Source: Candidatus Latescibacterota bacterium (GTDB lineage: Bacteria; Krumholzibacteriota; Krumholzibacteriia; WVZY01). From it: a stretch of 64,000 nt of DNA. Positions 1-10,677 of this stretch are shown here, piece after piece. The number at the start of each line of letters is the position of its first letter. Position 1 is the stretch's first letter. The position numbers and the translations under genes were made by a program. The stretch lies in assembly GCA_963791045.1 (NCBI GenBank), contig CAWBQK010000007.1, positions 32,001 through 96,000 on the forward strand. The letters are read 5' to 3'. A model generated the notes under the pieces. That model was given only the letters and a program-made list of their open reading frames with translations. It searched no databases and was not told the origin of the DNA.

Positions 1-3000
1 CTGCGTGGTACGTGGACAGTTCTCCGCTCATGACAATGTGTCTCCCGATGGAGGGCGGCGCGACCGCGGCATTGAGCGATTACTCGGGGAACGATCTTAC
101 TGTTGTCGCGAACGGCGATCCCGTGTGGCTGCCGAACGGCGGCCACGACGGTCACGGCGCCTGGGAGTTCGACGGCGCCGGTGACGATCTGAGCGCCGGC
201 GAGAATTTCCCCACAGGGTCGTCGTACACCAAGACCGCGTGGGTTTACCGGACGGGAAGCGGCGCGAATGGTGGAAACAACATTATCTCCGGCGATGAGA
301 ACAGCGGGGGCCACGCACTCTGGGCTCCGGACTCGTACGGGAACAGGCTTTCCGGCGGTCACAACCAAACGTGGAATTCCGTCCAGGACGATGTGGCGCT
401 CGCGCTCAATACGTGGTTCTTTGTGTCGCTGACTTTCGACGAAGCGACAGACAAAATGGTTCTCTACAAGAACGGCGTCGCGATCGACAGTGCGACAGTG
501 TCGATATCGGTGACGGACCCTACGATCTCGATTGGATCGTTTGGCGTATCGAACGGTTTTATGTTGCAGGGCCGGATCGATGATCCGCGTGTATGGAACC
601 GGGCGCTTACCGGCGAACAGATCCACTCCCTGTATGTGAGTGGAGCAAATGTGGTCAAGTCCACCGAAACGGTAATCGGCGAACAGTGGCACGCGGAAGT
701 GACACCGTTCTCGGAAACGGACGCGGGATCGACGAGCCAGTCGAATACCGTGACAATTCAGGCGTCGTCACCGACAGCGCCGACAATTGTTTCCACGCCT
801 GTTACGTCGGCTGAGGTCGGCTTGCTGTATACATACGATGTGAACGCGGTGGGGACACCCGCCGCGACCTATTCGCTTTTAACCAACCCGGAGCGGAATG
901 ACGATCAATCCAGGCACGGGTGTGATCGAATGGACGCCGTCGGCGCTCCAGACCGGACCGCACAGCGTATCGGTCCAAGCGTTGAATTCGCAAGGGACTG
1001 ACGTCCAGAACTATACGGTCACCGTCGAGCAATCGGGGGATATCGTTCGCATCATGCCGCTCGGTGACTCGATAACCCGCGGGGCTTATGGAAGCGCAAC
1101 GAATGTCGGATATCGACGGCCGCTGTGGATGCAGCCTGAGCGGCGCCGGTTGTCCCGTTGAGTTTGTCGGACAATTCGAAGACGGGACCCCCGACGATTT
1201 CGACCGCAGTCACTACGGCATCGACGGTGAACGCGATGACGAGGTGGCGGCGAATGTCTACGGATACCTGCAGAATTATCCGGCGGACATCATCCTTCTC
1301 CATATCGGCACCAATGCGCTCGACACGAGTGAGAGCGATGTGGAGAACATCCTCGACGAAATCGACCGCTTCGAAGCGGATTCGTCGGTGACAATTACCG
1401 TCCTTCTCGCTCGGATAGTCAACCGCAACCCGTACAGCCTGACGACCACCCAGTTCAACGACGCCGTTGAAGGGATGGCGATGGACCGTGTTACTAATGC
1501 GGCGAACGACGCGTATCCCGACAACATCGTCATGGTTGATATGGAGGATGGCGCGGGAATCGTTTATTCGACGGACATGGCCGATGCCCTCCATCCCAAC
1601 GACGCGGGATACGAGAAGATGGCCGGCCTGTGGTACGCCCATCTCGACACCATGATCTGCGGGATCCAGGCGACGAGCGTCACGGTGACGTCCACGTCGG
1701 GGAATGATCTCGACACCGATGATCTCACCTGCGCCTACGGGCTTGGCGGTGACGCCACCACGGCCGCCACTGCGTGGTACATGGACGGATCGCCTGTGAT
1801 GAGGATGTTCCTCCCGATGGAGGGTGGCGCAACCGCGGCATTGAACGATTACTCGGGGAACGATCTTACTGTTGTCGCGAACGGCGATCCCGTGTGGCTG
1901 CCCAACGGCGGCCACGACGGCCACGGCGCGTGGGAGTTCGACGGCGCCGGGGATGAATTGAATGCCGGTGAGAATTTCCCCGTACTCGCGTCGTACACCA
2001 AGACGGCGTGGGTGTACAGGACGGGAAGCGGCGCCAACGGCGGAAACAATATCATTTCGGGGAACCAGGATCCCAACGGCCATGCGTTGTGGGCGGCGGA
2101 CCGTAACGAGAACCGGCTCTCCGCGGGGCACAATACCAACTGGGAGCTCGTCGAGGATACCGTACCGCTCGCCTTGAACACCTGGTTTTTCGTCGCGGTG
2201 AGCTACGACCGGTCCACGCACGTGATGACGCTGTACAAGAACGGGGCCGTTATCGATCAGGAGCCGGTTCCGGTGGCCGACCGTGATGTGCTGGATACGA
2301 CGATTTCGATCGGATCGTTCGGCGTGTCGAACGGCTGGATGTGGCAGGGAACGATCGATGACCCACGGATATGGACCCGTGTCCTTACCGATGACGAGAT
2401 CCTGTCGCTGTATACATCCGGACCCGATGTTATCAAGTGGAGCGAGACGAATGTGGGCGAGCAGTGGAGCGCCGCGGTGACACCGTTCTCGGAAACGGAC
2501 GCGGGCTCAACTGTCCAGTCGAATACGGTGACGATCCAGCCGTCGACACCGACGGCGCCGACAATTGTGTCCTCGCCTGTAACAACAGCTGAGCTCGGCG
2601 TGCTGTATACGTACGACGTGAACGCATCGGGGAGTCCGGCGCCGACGTACAGTCTCACCGACAACCCGGCGGGAATGACGATCAATACAACCACCGGGCT
2701 TATCGAATGGACACCGGCGCTTGCGGAAAGCGCGTACGTAACGGTCGTGGCGACCAACACGCAGGGCACGGACAGCCAGACCTACGGGATTGAGGTTACG
2801 GAGGGGGTAACTCCCACCGTAACCGATCTCGACCCTGACATCGACGTCGGGGAATGATTTCACGACCGATGACCTCACGTGCTCGTACACGCTTGCCAAT
2901 GGCGCGGCGACGGCGGCGACGGCGTGGTATCTTGGCGGCGATCCGCTTGTGCCTTTGATGGCGCTGTATCTCCCGATGGAGGGCGGCGCGACCGCGGCCT

Positions 3001-5155
3001 TGAACGATTATTCGGGCAATTCGATTGTCGCGACGGCACACGGCGATCCCGTGTGGCTCCCGACCGGCGGCCACGACGGACACGGCGCCTGGGAATTCGA
3101 CGGCTCCGGTGACGACCTCAACTGTGGTGAGAACTTCCCGACAGGGTCATCGTATACCAAGACCGCGTGGGTGTACCGGACGGGAAGCGGCGCGAACGGC
3201 GGAAACAACATTATCTCCGGCGACGCGAACAGCGGCGGTCACGCGATGTGGGCGCCGGATGGGTATGGCAACAAGCTTTCCGCCGGTCACAACGGCACCT
3301 GGAATTCCGTCCAGGACGATGTCGCGCTTGCGCTCAATACGTGGTTCTTCGTGTCGCTCACTTACGATGAAGGCACCGACAAGATGGTTCTCTACAAGAA
3401 CGGCATCGCGATCGACAGTGCGACCGTGTCGGTATCGGTGACCGACGCGACCATCTCGATCGCGTCGTTTGGCGCGTCGAACGGTTACATGTTGCAGGGC
3501 CGGATCGATGACGCGCGTGTGTGGAACCGCGTGCTATCCGGTGAGCAGATCCACTCGCTCTATGCGAACGGCGCCGATGTTGTCAAATCCACTGAGACGG
3601 TTCTCGGCGATCACTGGCAGGCCGAGGTGACCGCATTCACGGCGGGCGAAGTCGGATCCACGGCATTGACCGATGTTCTTACCATCGTCGATATCGTGCC
3701 GACGCCGCCGGTGATCGTGTCGATCCCTGACACGACCGCTTTGACCGGGGAGCTTTACTCGTACAATGTTGATGCGACAGGAAGTCCCGCGCCTGCATAT
3801 GGATTGCTCGCCAATCCCGCGGGGATGACGATCAATTCCGGAAGCGGTCTCATAGAGTGGACCCCGTCACTTGCCGAAAGCGCTTTTGTCGAGGTTCGCG
3901 CGTTCAATTCCGAGGGAGCGGATACTCAAGCGTACTGGATCGAAGTCACCACACCTGTGGTTCCCGGTGTCGAGAATGTTGTGTTGACGTCGACCTCGGG
4001 CCACGACGACCCGACGGACGACATCACGAGTTCGTACGATTTCAACGGGGATGCCGTGACCGCTGCGACGGCGTGGTACAGCGGGTCGACCGGCTCTCCG
4101 CTCGATCCGCTTATGGCGTTCTACCTGCCGATGGAGGGTGGCGCGACCGCGGCGCTCAACGATTATTCGGGCAATTCGATTGTCGCGACAACGAACGGGA
4201 ACCCCGTGTGGCTCCCCACCGGTGGTCATGACGGCCACGGCGCGTGGGAGTTTGACGGTACAGGCGATGATCTCGACGGTGGTGAGAACTTCCCGACGAA
4301 CTCGTCGTACACAAAGACCGCCTGGGTGTACTGGACGGGGAGCGGCGAGAATGGCGGGAACAACATTATTGCCGGTGACCAAAACAGCGGAGGTCACGCA
4401 TTGTGGGCGGCGGACATGTTTAGCAACCACCTGTCGGCCGGTCACAATGGCACGTGGAATTCGGTTGAGGACGATGTCGCGCTCGCTCAGAACACCTGGG
4501 TGTTTGTCTCGCTCTCGTACGACGATGCGACCGATAAAATGGTTCTCTACAAGAACGGTGTGGCGATTGACAGCGCGACGGTGTCGACACCGGTTACCGA
4601 TCCGACCATATCGATCGGTTCGTTCGGTGCATCGAACGGCTGGATGATCCAGGGCCGGATCGACGACCCGCGGGTGTGGAACGCGCGCTCACCGGCGAAC
4701 AGATCTTTTCGCTGTATTCAACCGGCCAGGATGTTGTGAAGGCGACGGAAACACTCGAGGGTGAAGACTGGATGGCGTGCGTCACGCCGTTCTCGGCGTC
4801 GGATGTCGGGACGACTGTATGTTCGGACACGATGACGCTCGAAACGGGCACCGGTATTGGTGACACACCGGTTCCCACGCAAACAGCGCTGCACCAGAAC
4901 CACCCCAACCCGTTCAATCCGACGACGGCGATCAGTTATGATCTCGTGTCGAACACAAGAGTGTCGCTCAGGGTCTACGATGTCAGCGGCCGGCTTGTGA
5001 AGACACTGGTTGATGATATCCGGCCGGCCGGGCGCCAGACGACGACCTGGGATGGGACGGACAACTCGGGGAACCAGGTGAGCACGGGGGTCTATTTCTA
5101 CCGGTTGAATACCGCCGGCAATGTGTTCACGAAGAAGATGGTTCTTCTGAAATAA
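1..5155 (+). CDS. Large secreted multidomain protein, 5' end outside the window: 4 LamG/ConA-like modules, 3 putative-Ig domains, an SGNH/GDSL hydrolase and a C-terminal FlgD-Ig/T9SS-like sorting domain; split by ~4 single-base indels
   Basis: ORFs 12-1001, 898-1161, 1088-2857, 2949-4739 and 4676-5155 join into one repeat protein. LamG repeats end LYKNG...GRIDDPRVWNRAL. SGNH motifs: IMPLGDSIT, HIGTN, DALHPN. C-terminus: QNHPNPFNP...VYDVSGRLVKTL...GVYFYRL...KKMVLLK. Breaks at ~890, ~1136, ~2834 and ~4683. Confidence 0.85.
45..4720 (+). repeat. Four dispersed intragenic DNA repeats (LamG modules) starting at ~45, ~1813, ~2972 and ~4127
   Basis: Near-identical nucleotide blocks in the copies, e.g. 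ccgatggagggyggcgcraccgcggc and atggttctctacaagaacgg. Confidence 0.9.
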
Positions 5156-5184
5156 ATTTGCAGACTCGCAAACCAGCCGACCAG

Positions 5185-5227
5185 GTCCGGCCGTCGGGTT
5201 GACAAAACCCGGCGGCCGGACTTTTTT
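5185..5227 (+). terminator. Rho-independent terminator
   Basis: Hairpin gtccggccgtcgggtt / aacccggcggccggac followed by T6, 30 nt after the stop codon. Confidence 0.85.
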
Positions 5228-5412
5228 AAGAAAAGCGCCGGGGCGTGAAAAGCATTATTGCGTTGGTGCTTGTTTAACTGAATCCCGTAATAAATTGATA
5301 AATAGTGATATACGACTTCGGTGTCTAGTTGTTAAAATTCTCTGATTATCATCCGCGCCTGTGTGTGATAGCGTGGGGCTTCTTTACCAAAGCGCCATGA
5401 GAGGTCCCCAAC

Positions 5413-6747
5413 GTGCCCCGACGGATTCGCAAAATCATTCTTCTCGCTCTCGTCTGCGCGCCCGCGTTGTTCGGGCCATCCGCCGTCCGTGCCGCGGCTA
5501 CCGCCGCCGATTCGACCGGCGCGACCGGCGCGCGGGAACCGCAACACCAGCGGATCACGGAAAGAGAAATTGAAGGTACGGGCAAAAAGATCGCGATGCT
5601 ACCCGTACGAATCCTCCTCCTCCCTTTCAGGCTTGTCGGCGCCGGGCTCGAAGCGGGGTTTGAAACCGTCGAAGAGAAGAACCTGATCAAAAGATCGACG
5701 TATTTTCGGCGCCGGTTGCGGGCGACCGGGTTGTCGCTCAGTTTTGGCGTCGGTTACGATGGCGCGGGACTTGGAGCGCGGGTGGGATGGACACCACCCC
5801 GCCGAAAAAAAATCACACCGACTTTGACGGCGGCGTTGTCCACAAATCTCTATCAGGTCTACGGTCTTCGTCTCGATTTTTCCCGCGTTTTCGCCAACAA
5901 GGTTGTCGCGGCCGCGGACTTCCGATACCTGGGACTCCCGCAGGAAGACTTCTTTGGAATAGGCCAGGACTCGCAGCGCGACGACAGGACGACATACAAC
6001 CGCGAAACCCCCGAGATCATAGTGAGTGTGTTCAAGCCGGTGCGTCCCAGGCTGCGCTTCGAGGCGGACGTTGGTTATCAGAAAAGTAATATCTTAAGCG
6101 GTGAGGACGAGAAGTTCCCGTCGATCGAAGAGGTCTTCGACGCGGCCGACGTGCCGGGACTCGATACCGGCGCCGAACTGCTGCTCGGCACGCTCGTTAT
6201 GGAGTGGATGAACCTCGATCGTCCGGGCGATCCCAGGTCCGGGATGTTTATCCGATTGCTTGGGGGAATCGCCAAGGATCTTCGGTCGGGCGATTTCGAT
6301 CACTGGCGGTATGGAGTCGATCTCCGCGTATACCTTCCCATGCTTGGTTGGGGCAACCGTTTCGGCCCGCGGAGCACACTCGCAGTTCGGGTTAAAGGTG
6401 ATTTCACCGACCCCATGAGCGGGGGAGACGTGCCGTTTTACCGCATGCCGACCGTTGGTGGCAGCACGACATTGCGTGGGTTTACGGAATTCCGATTTGC
6501 CGATCGCAACGCGATTGTGACCAATGTCGAATACAAGTACCCGATCCAGAAGATACTCGAAGCGGTGATTTTCTGGGACGAAGGTCAGGTGTTTCACACA
6601 ATGGACGAATTTAATATTCACAAGTTCAAGTCGTCGTTCGGCGGGGGAATGAGGCTCATTCTCGAACAAAGCGCGTTCGTCAGCCTGGAGATCGGCACGG
6701 GGTCCGAGGAAACACGATTCTATTTCAAATTTGGAAAGGCGTACTAG
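5413..6747 (+). CDS. Omp85 (BamA/TamA-family) outer-membrane beta-barrel protein without obvious POTRA domains
   Basis: Signal peptide; alternating beta-strand pattern; loop-6 LRGF motif (TLRGFTEFRF); C-terminal beta-signal FYFKFGKAY. Confidence 0.8.
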   Translation: MPRRIRKIILLALVCAPALFGPSAVRAAATAADSTGATGAREPQHQRITEREIEGTGKKIAMLPVRILLLPFRLVGAGLEAGFETVEEKNLIKRSTYFRRRLRATGLSLSFGVGYDGAGLGARVGWTPPRRKKITPTLTAALSTNLYQVYGLRLDFSRVFANKVVAAADFRYLGLPQEDFFGIGQDSQRDDRTTYNRETPEIIVSVFKPVRPRLRFEADVGYQKSNILSGEDEKFPSIEEVFDAADVPGLDTGAELLLGTLVMEWMNLDRPGDPRSGMFIRLLGGIAKDLRSGDFDHWRYGVDLRVYLPMLGWGNRFGPRSTLAVRVKGDFTDPMSGGDVPFYRMPTVGGSTTLRGFTEFRFADRNAIVTNVEYKYPIQKILEAVIFWDEGQVFHTMDEFNIHKFKSSFGGGMRLILEQSAFVSLEIGTGSEETRFYFKFGKAY

Positions 6748-6760
6748 CCGCGTGTAAAGC

Positions 6761-8566
6761 ATGAGGGTTTTTGACAGGGCATATGATCGAATGACCGCGA
6801 CTGGATCGGGTACGCCGGCCCTGAAGTGGTGCTTCTCGGTATTCCTGGCGCTCGTGATTCTCGTTGGCGGTCTCGGGTGTGGCGGAAATCGTCACGAGTT
6901 CAAAAAACCCATCGAAGTTGATTTCGATATGGAGGACATCCCCGAACCCGAAGAAAAGAACCCGAGTCAATACTACGATTTTGTCGACCGGACATTCTTC
7001 AAGGAAACCATGCGCGGGCTCGACCTTCCCCGGCAGTTCAGGAAAATCCCCGGCAAACCCAAAGAAGCATTCAATGTGGACGCCATGGGCGGCGTTCCCA
7101 ACTCGAGCTGGTTTACAAACCGCAATGTCACAAGGCAAATGACTCTCGGTGAGATCAGACGCGGCCCCAACACCACCGACGGGCCGGCGGACAGCGTCTG
7201 GGCCGTCGTGCGCGGCAAAACCCAGGGGGTAACCCCCGGCTTCACGATAAAGGACTCACGCGGTGACCGGTATATCATCAAATTCGATCCGCCCCAGAAT
7301 CCGGAGATGAGTACGGCGGCGGAGGTGATTTCAACAAAGTTATTCTACGCGATGGGCTTCAACGTACCGGAGAATACCATTGTTCATTTTGATGTCGACC
7401 GGCTTGTCGTCGACGCGGATGCGAAATTTGTCGACAAGATAGGTCACAAGCGCGTCATGACTCAGAACGATTTGAGCGAGATGCTCCGGGCCGTCGCGCG
7501 CCGGTCGGACGGCACGTTTCGCGCGGTGGCGAGCAAATTTCTCGACGGCAAACCGAAAGGGCCGTACTCGTACATCGGTCTTCGTAAGGATGATCCCAAC
7601 GATATTATTCGCCACGAGCATCGCCGCGACCTGCGGGGCTTGAGGATTATGGCGGCATGGCTTCAACACAACGACGTCCGCAGGATCAACTCGCTGGACA
7701 TGTACGTGACCGAAGACGGGCGGAGTTTTCTCAAACATCATCTCATCGATTTTGGCGCGACCCTCGGGAGCGCGAGTCTTTTCCCAAACCCTCCGTCCGA
7801 GGGGCTCGAATACCAATTCGATACGCAGGAATCGTTAAAATCCCTTTTCTCGCTCGGTGTTTACAAACGGCCGTGGTACGACGCTCTCGAGGTTGAGTTT
7901 CCGTCGGTCGGATACATCGAATCGGAACTGTTCGACCCGTCGAGATGGAAGGCCAACTATCCGATCCCCGCGTTCCAGAACATGACGAGTCTCGACGCGT
8001 ATTGGGCGGCGAAGATTGTCATGTCGTTTACCGATGATCAGATCCGAGCCGCCGTCGAGATGGGAGATCTTACCGACAAGGGCGCGGAGGATTACCTCAC
8101 TAGGATTCTCGTTGAACGGCGGGACAAGATCGGCCGCTACTGGTTCGGCCGTGTCAACGCCCTGGACAATTTCTCGATCGTTCGCGACGGAGATGAGCAG
8201 CGACTCGAGTTCGACGATCTCGAAGTTGCCGCCGGATTCGAACGGGCGGCGGACACTTCGTACCGCTACGGTTTCTATCACAACGCGTGTGACGGCACAC
8301 ACGAACTTGCCGGTGACCGTGTGTTGGAATCACCCGGTGCAGACACCAGGCCGGGGATTCCCCTTGGATCCGAGTTCGCGAATATGGCATCCGAAGCTTT
8401 ATCGAGATCCGATTCGCGTAAAGACTGCGACAGGTATTTTTATGTCGTGGTGCGGACGGGGAGGGGGCCGGCGTCCGGCGATTGGGGAAAGTGGGTCAAG
8501 ATTCATCTCCACCTCGACGACTCCCGCCGCGGTTTTGAAATCGTCGGCGTCGATCGCGAGGGTTGA
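6761..8566 (+). CDS. Predicted lipoprotein with atypical protein-kinase-like motifs (alternative start 6791)
   Basis: Hydrophobic leader with GLGC lipobox; ordered motifs GKTQGVTPG, IIKFD, AAEV, HNDVRRIN and IDFG. Confidence 0.6.
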   Translation: MRVFDRAYDRMTATGSGTPALKWCFSVFLALVILVGGLGCGGNRHEFKKPIEVDFDMEDIPEPEEKNPSQYYDFVDRTFFKETMRGLDLPRQFRKIPGKPKEAFNVDAMGGVPNSSWFTNRNVTRQMTLGEIRRGPNTTDGPADSVWAVVRGKTQGVTPGFTIKDSRGDRYIIKFDPPQNPEMSTAAEVISTKLFYAMGFNVPENTIVHFDVDRLVVDADAKFVDKIGHKRVMTQNDLSEMLRAVARRSDGTFRAVASKFLDGKPKGPYSYIGLRKDDPNDIIRHEHRRDLRGLRIMAAWLQHNDVRRINSLDMYVTEDGRSFLKHHLIDFGATLGSASLFPNPPSEGLEYQFDTQESLKSLFSLGVYKRPWYDALEVEFPSVGYIESELFDPSRWKANYPIPAFQNMTSLDAYWAAKIVMSFTDDQIRAAVEMGDLTDKGAEDYLTRILVERRDKIGRYWFGRVNALDNFSIVRDGDEQRLEFDDLEVAAGFERAADTSYRYGFYHNACDGTHELAGDRVLESPGADTRPGIPLGSEFANMASEALSRSDSRKDCDRYFYVVVRTGRGPASGDWGKWVKIHLHLDDSRRGFEIVGVDREG

Positions 8567-8567
8567 T

Positions 8568-9596
8568 CTACCCGTCGTATTTCGCGATGTATTCCTCGGC
8601 TTTTTCCACAAGCTCCTTGTTGCCCAGAAAAAGTGGTGTGCGCACGTGGAGTCCTTCGGGCTCGAGCTCGCGGAGCGGCCCGCGTCCCGTCGACGCGTAC
8701 CCGCCAGCTTGTTCGATAACAAACGCCATCGGGTTGGCCTCGTAGAGGAGCCGCAGTTTGCCGTGAGGTTTCTTGGGGTCTCTTGTATCCGCCGGGTAGT
8801 AGAACACTCCGCCGGCTAGAAGCGTGCGGTGGATATCGGCGACCATCGAACCGATGTATCTGAGCGAGTGCGACCGCGGCGCGCCCTCTTCCCCCTGGAG
8901 CCACCTCGTGTAGCGTTGAATCCCCTCCGTCCAATACTTTTCGTATCCCTGGTTTACGCTGTAATACTTGGGCGTTTCGGGGAGCCGGATGTCCGGGTGG
9001 GAAAGGAGGAACTCACCGATGCTCGGATCGAGCGTAAAACCGTTAACTCCGTGTCCCGCCGTATAGACGAGCATTGTGCTCGATCCGTACACCATGTACC
9101 CGCCGGCGACGATTTCCGAACCCTTCTGCAGGACGTCTTCTATCGTTCCGCGGCCGGACTTGGATTTGCGCTTGTAGATGGCGAAGATCGTGCCCACCGA
9201 GACATTGAAGTCGATATTCGAAGACCCATCGAGCGGGTCGAACAAAAGAACATAATTGCCCGTCTTGTGTTTGTCCGGAATCGGCATGATATCGTCTTCT
9301 TCTTCCGAAGCCATAACGGCGAGACGTTCGGTGTGGTTGTTGAGTTGAAAGATCGTGTTCTGCGCGTAGAGGTCGAGCTTCTGGACTTCTTCGTCCTGGA
9401 CGTTCGTATGTCCCGCCGCCCCGAGTATATCGGCGAGCCCCGCCCGGGTCGTCCGACTGGCGATGAGCTTGCCCGCAAGGGCGAGATCGTAGAGGAGCTG
9501 AGTGAGGGCTCCGCTCGCGTCGGGAAATTTCTCCTGGGCGTTGAGGATGTGTCGTTCGATTGTGATCACGTTGTGGTTGGCCGGTATCGATGGCAT
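8568..9596 (-). CDS. fbp: Class 1 fructose-1,6-bisphosphatase
   Basis: Motifs [22 protein letters not shown] and [10 protein letters not shown]. Confidence 0.96.
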   Translation of the reverse strand: MPSIPANHNVITIERHILNAQEKFPDASGALTQLLYDLALAGKLIASRTTRAGLADILGAAGHTNVQDEEVQKLDLYAQNTIFQLNNHTERLAVMASEEEDDIMPIPDKHKTGNYVLLFDPLDGSSNIDFNVSVGTIFAIYKRKSKSGRGTIEDVLQKGSEIVAGGYMVYGSSTMLVYTAGHGVNGFTLDPSIGEFLLSHPDIRLPETPKYYSVNQGYEKYWTEGIQRYTRWLQGEEGAPRSHSLRYIGSMVADIHRTLLAGGVFYYPADTRDPKKPHGKLRLLYEANPMAFVIEQAGGYASTGRGPLRELEPEGLHVRTPLFLGNKELVEKAEEYIAKYDG

Positions 9597-9714
9597 CTGC
9601 TCGTTCCTCCGAATTTTTGCTGAAATCAGGTGTCGGGCGACGGTGGCGCAAAGGGGATTTTACACGCTCTTGTTGGGTCGTGCACGCGAATTCTTTTCTT
9701 CTGTATGTTTTGGG

Positions 9715-9743
9715 TTGAAACCCGAACCTTCTGCCGTTAAAAT
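9715..9743 (+). promoter_or_regulatory. Sigma70-type promoter for the Gld-like ABC operon
   Basis: TTGAAA-17 bp-TAAAAT. Confidence 0.55.
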
Positions 9744-9894
9744 AATTGCCCGTCACGCAGCCCATCTCAAGCCAAGGCCGAACAGTGTGGAACACTTGGG
9801 GTGGTTTTTTGTATAAAACCGACGAATCGAAACGGGGGTCCGTGCCGAGCGCAGGATTCCACTGCTTTGATCCGACGAATCAGCGAGGTTTCCA

Positions 9895-10677
9895 ATGGGG
9901 GACACACCCAAAAAGCCAATGATCGAGGCCTCGGGGCTCTCGAAATATTACGGCCCTTTTGTGGCGATCAAGGATGTCACTTTTTCGATTCCGCAGGGCC
10001 AGATCGTCGCGTTCCTCGGCCCGAATGGGGCGGGTAAATCGACGACGATGAAAATTCTCAGCGGTTTTCTCGCGCCAAGCGAAGGTAAGGCGCTAATCGC
10101 CGGGCACGATGTCCACAAGAACCGGCTTGCCGCGGCGAGACGCCTCGGGTACCTTCCCGAGAACGGACCGCTTTACAACGACATGACACCGCTCGCGCTG
10201 CTCGAGTTCTTTGGCGAGGCGCGTTGTCTTGAGCCGCGACTCCGCGGCGAAAGGATCGATGTCGTCGTCGAGCAGTGCGCGATACGCGAAGTGCTCGAAA
10301 AACCGATAGGCAAACTCTCCAGGGGATACCGGCAGCGTGTCGGTCTCGCGCAGGCGCTTCTCCACGATCCCGACGTCCTTATAATGGATGAACCCACCGC
10401 GGGGCTCGATCCCAATCAGATTCGCGATTTCAGACAGAACATTAAGGTGTTGGGGATGACCAAGACCATTCTGATTTCGACACACATTCTCCAGGAAGTG
10501 GTCGCGGTGGGCGAGCGTGTGCTCATGATTCACGATGGCAAGTTGATCTTTGACGGTCCGCCGGCCGATCTCGAGAAGGATGGATCGCTTGAGGAACCGT
10601 TTTACCGGATGACCAACTTTGGCAAACCCAGCGCGCAGGCTGCTGGTAGCGAGATTCAAAATGAACGGCAAGATTAA
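9895..10677 (+). CDS. ABC transporter ATP-binding protein, GldA-like
   Basis: Walker A GPNGAGKST, signature LSRGYRQR, Walker B LIMDEP, H-loop STH; followed by a GldF/G-like gene. Confidence 0.9.
   Translation: MGDTPKKPMIEASGLSKYYGPFVAIKDVTFSIPQGQIVAFLGPNGAGKSTTMKILSGFLAPSEGKALIAGHDVHKNRLAAARRLGYLPENGPLYNDMTPLALLEFFGEARCLEPRLRGERIDVVVEQCAIREVLEKPIGKLSRGYRQRVGLAQALLHDPDVLIMDEPTAGLDPNQIRDFRQNIKVLGMTKTILISTHILQEVVAVGERVLMIHDGKLIFDGPPADLEKDGSLEEPFYRMTNFGKPSAQAAGSEIQNERQD

Noticed and set aside
1-4800. Repeats as a CRISPR array or mobile-element repeats
   Set aside because: The units are hundreds of bp long, in-frame protein domain duplications, with no spacer structure and no cas or transposase genes.
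5161-5200. c-di-GMP (GEMM) riboswitch suggested by gcaaacc
   Set aside because: The GNRA loop and second stem are missing; the region is explained by the terminator.
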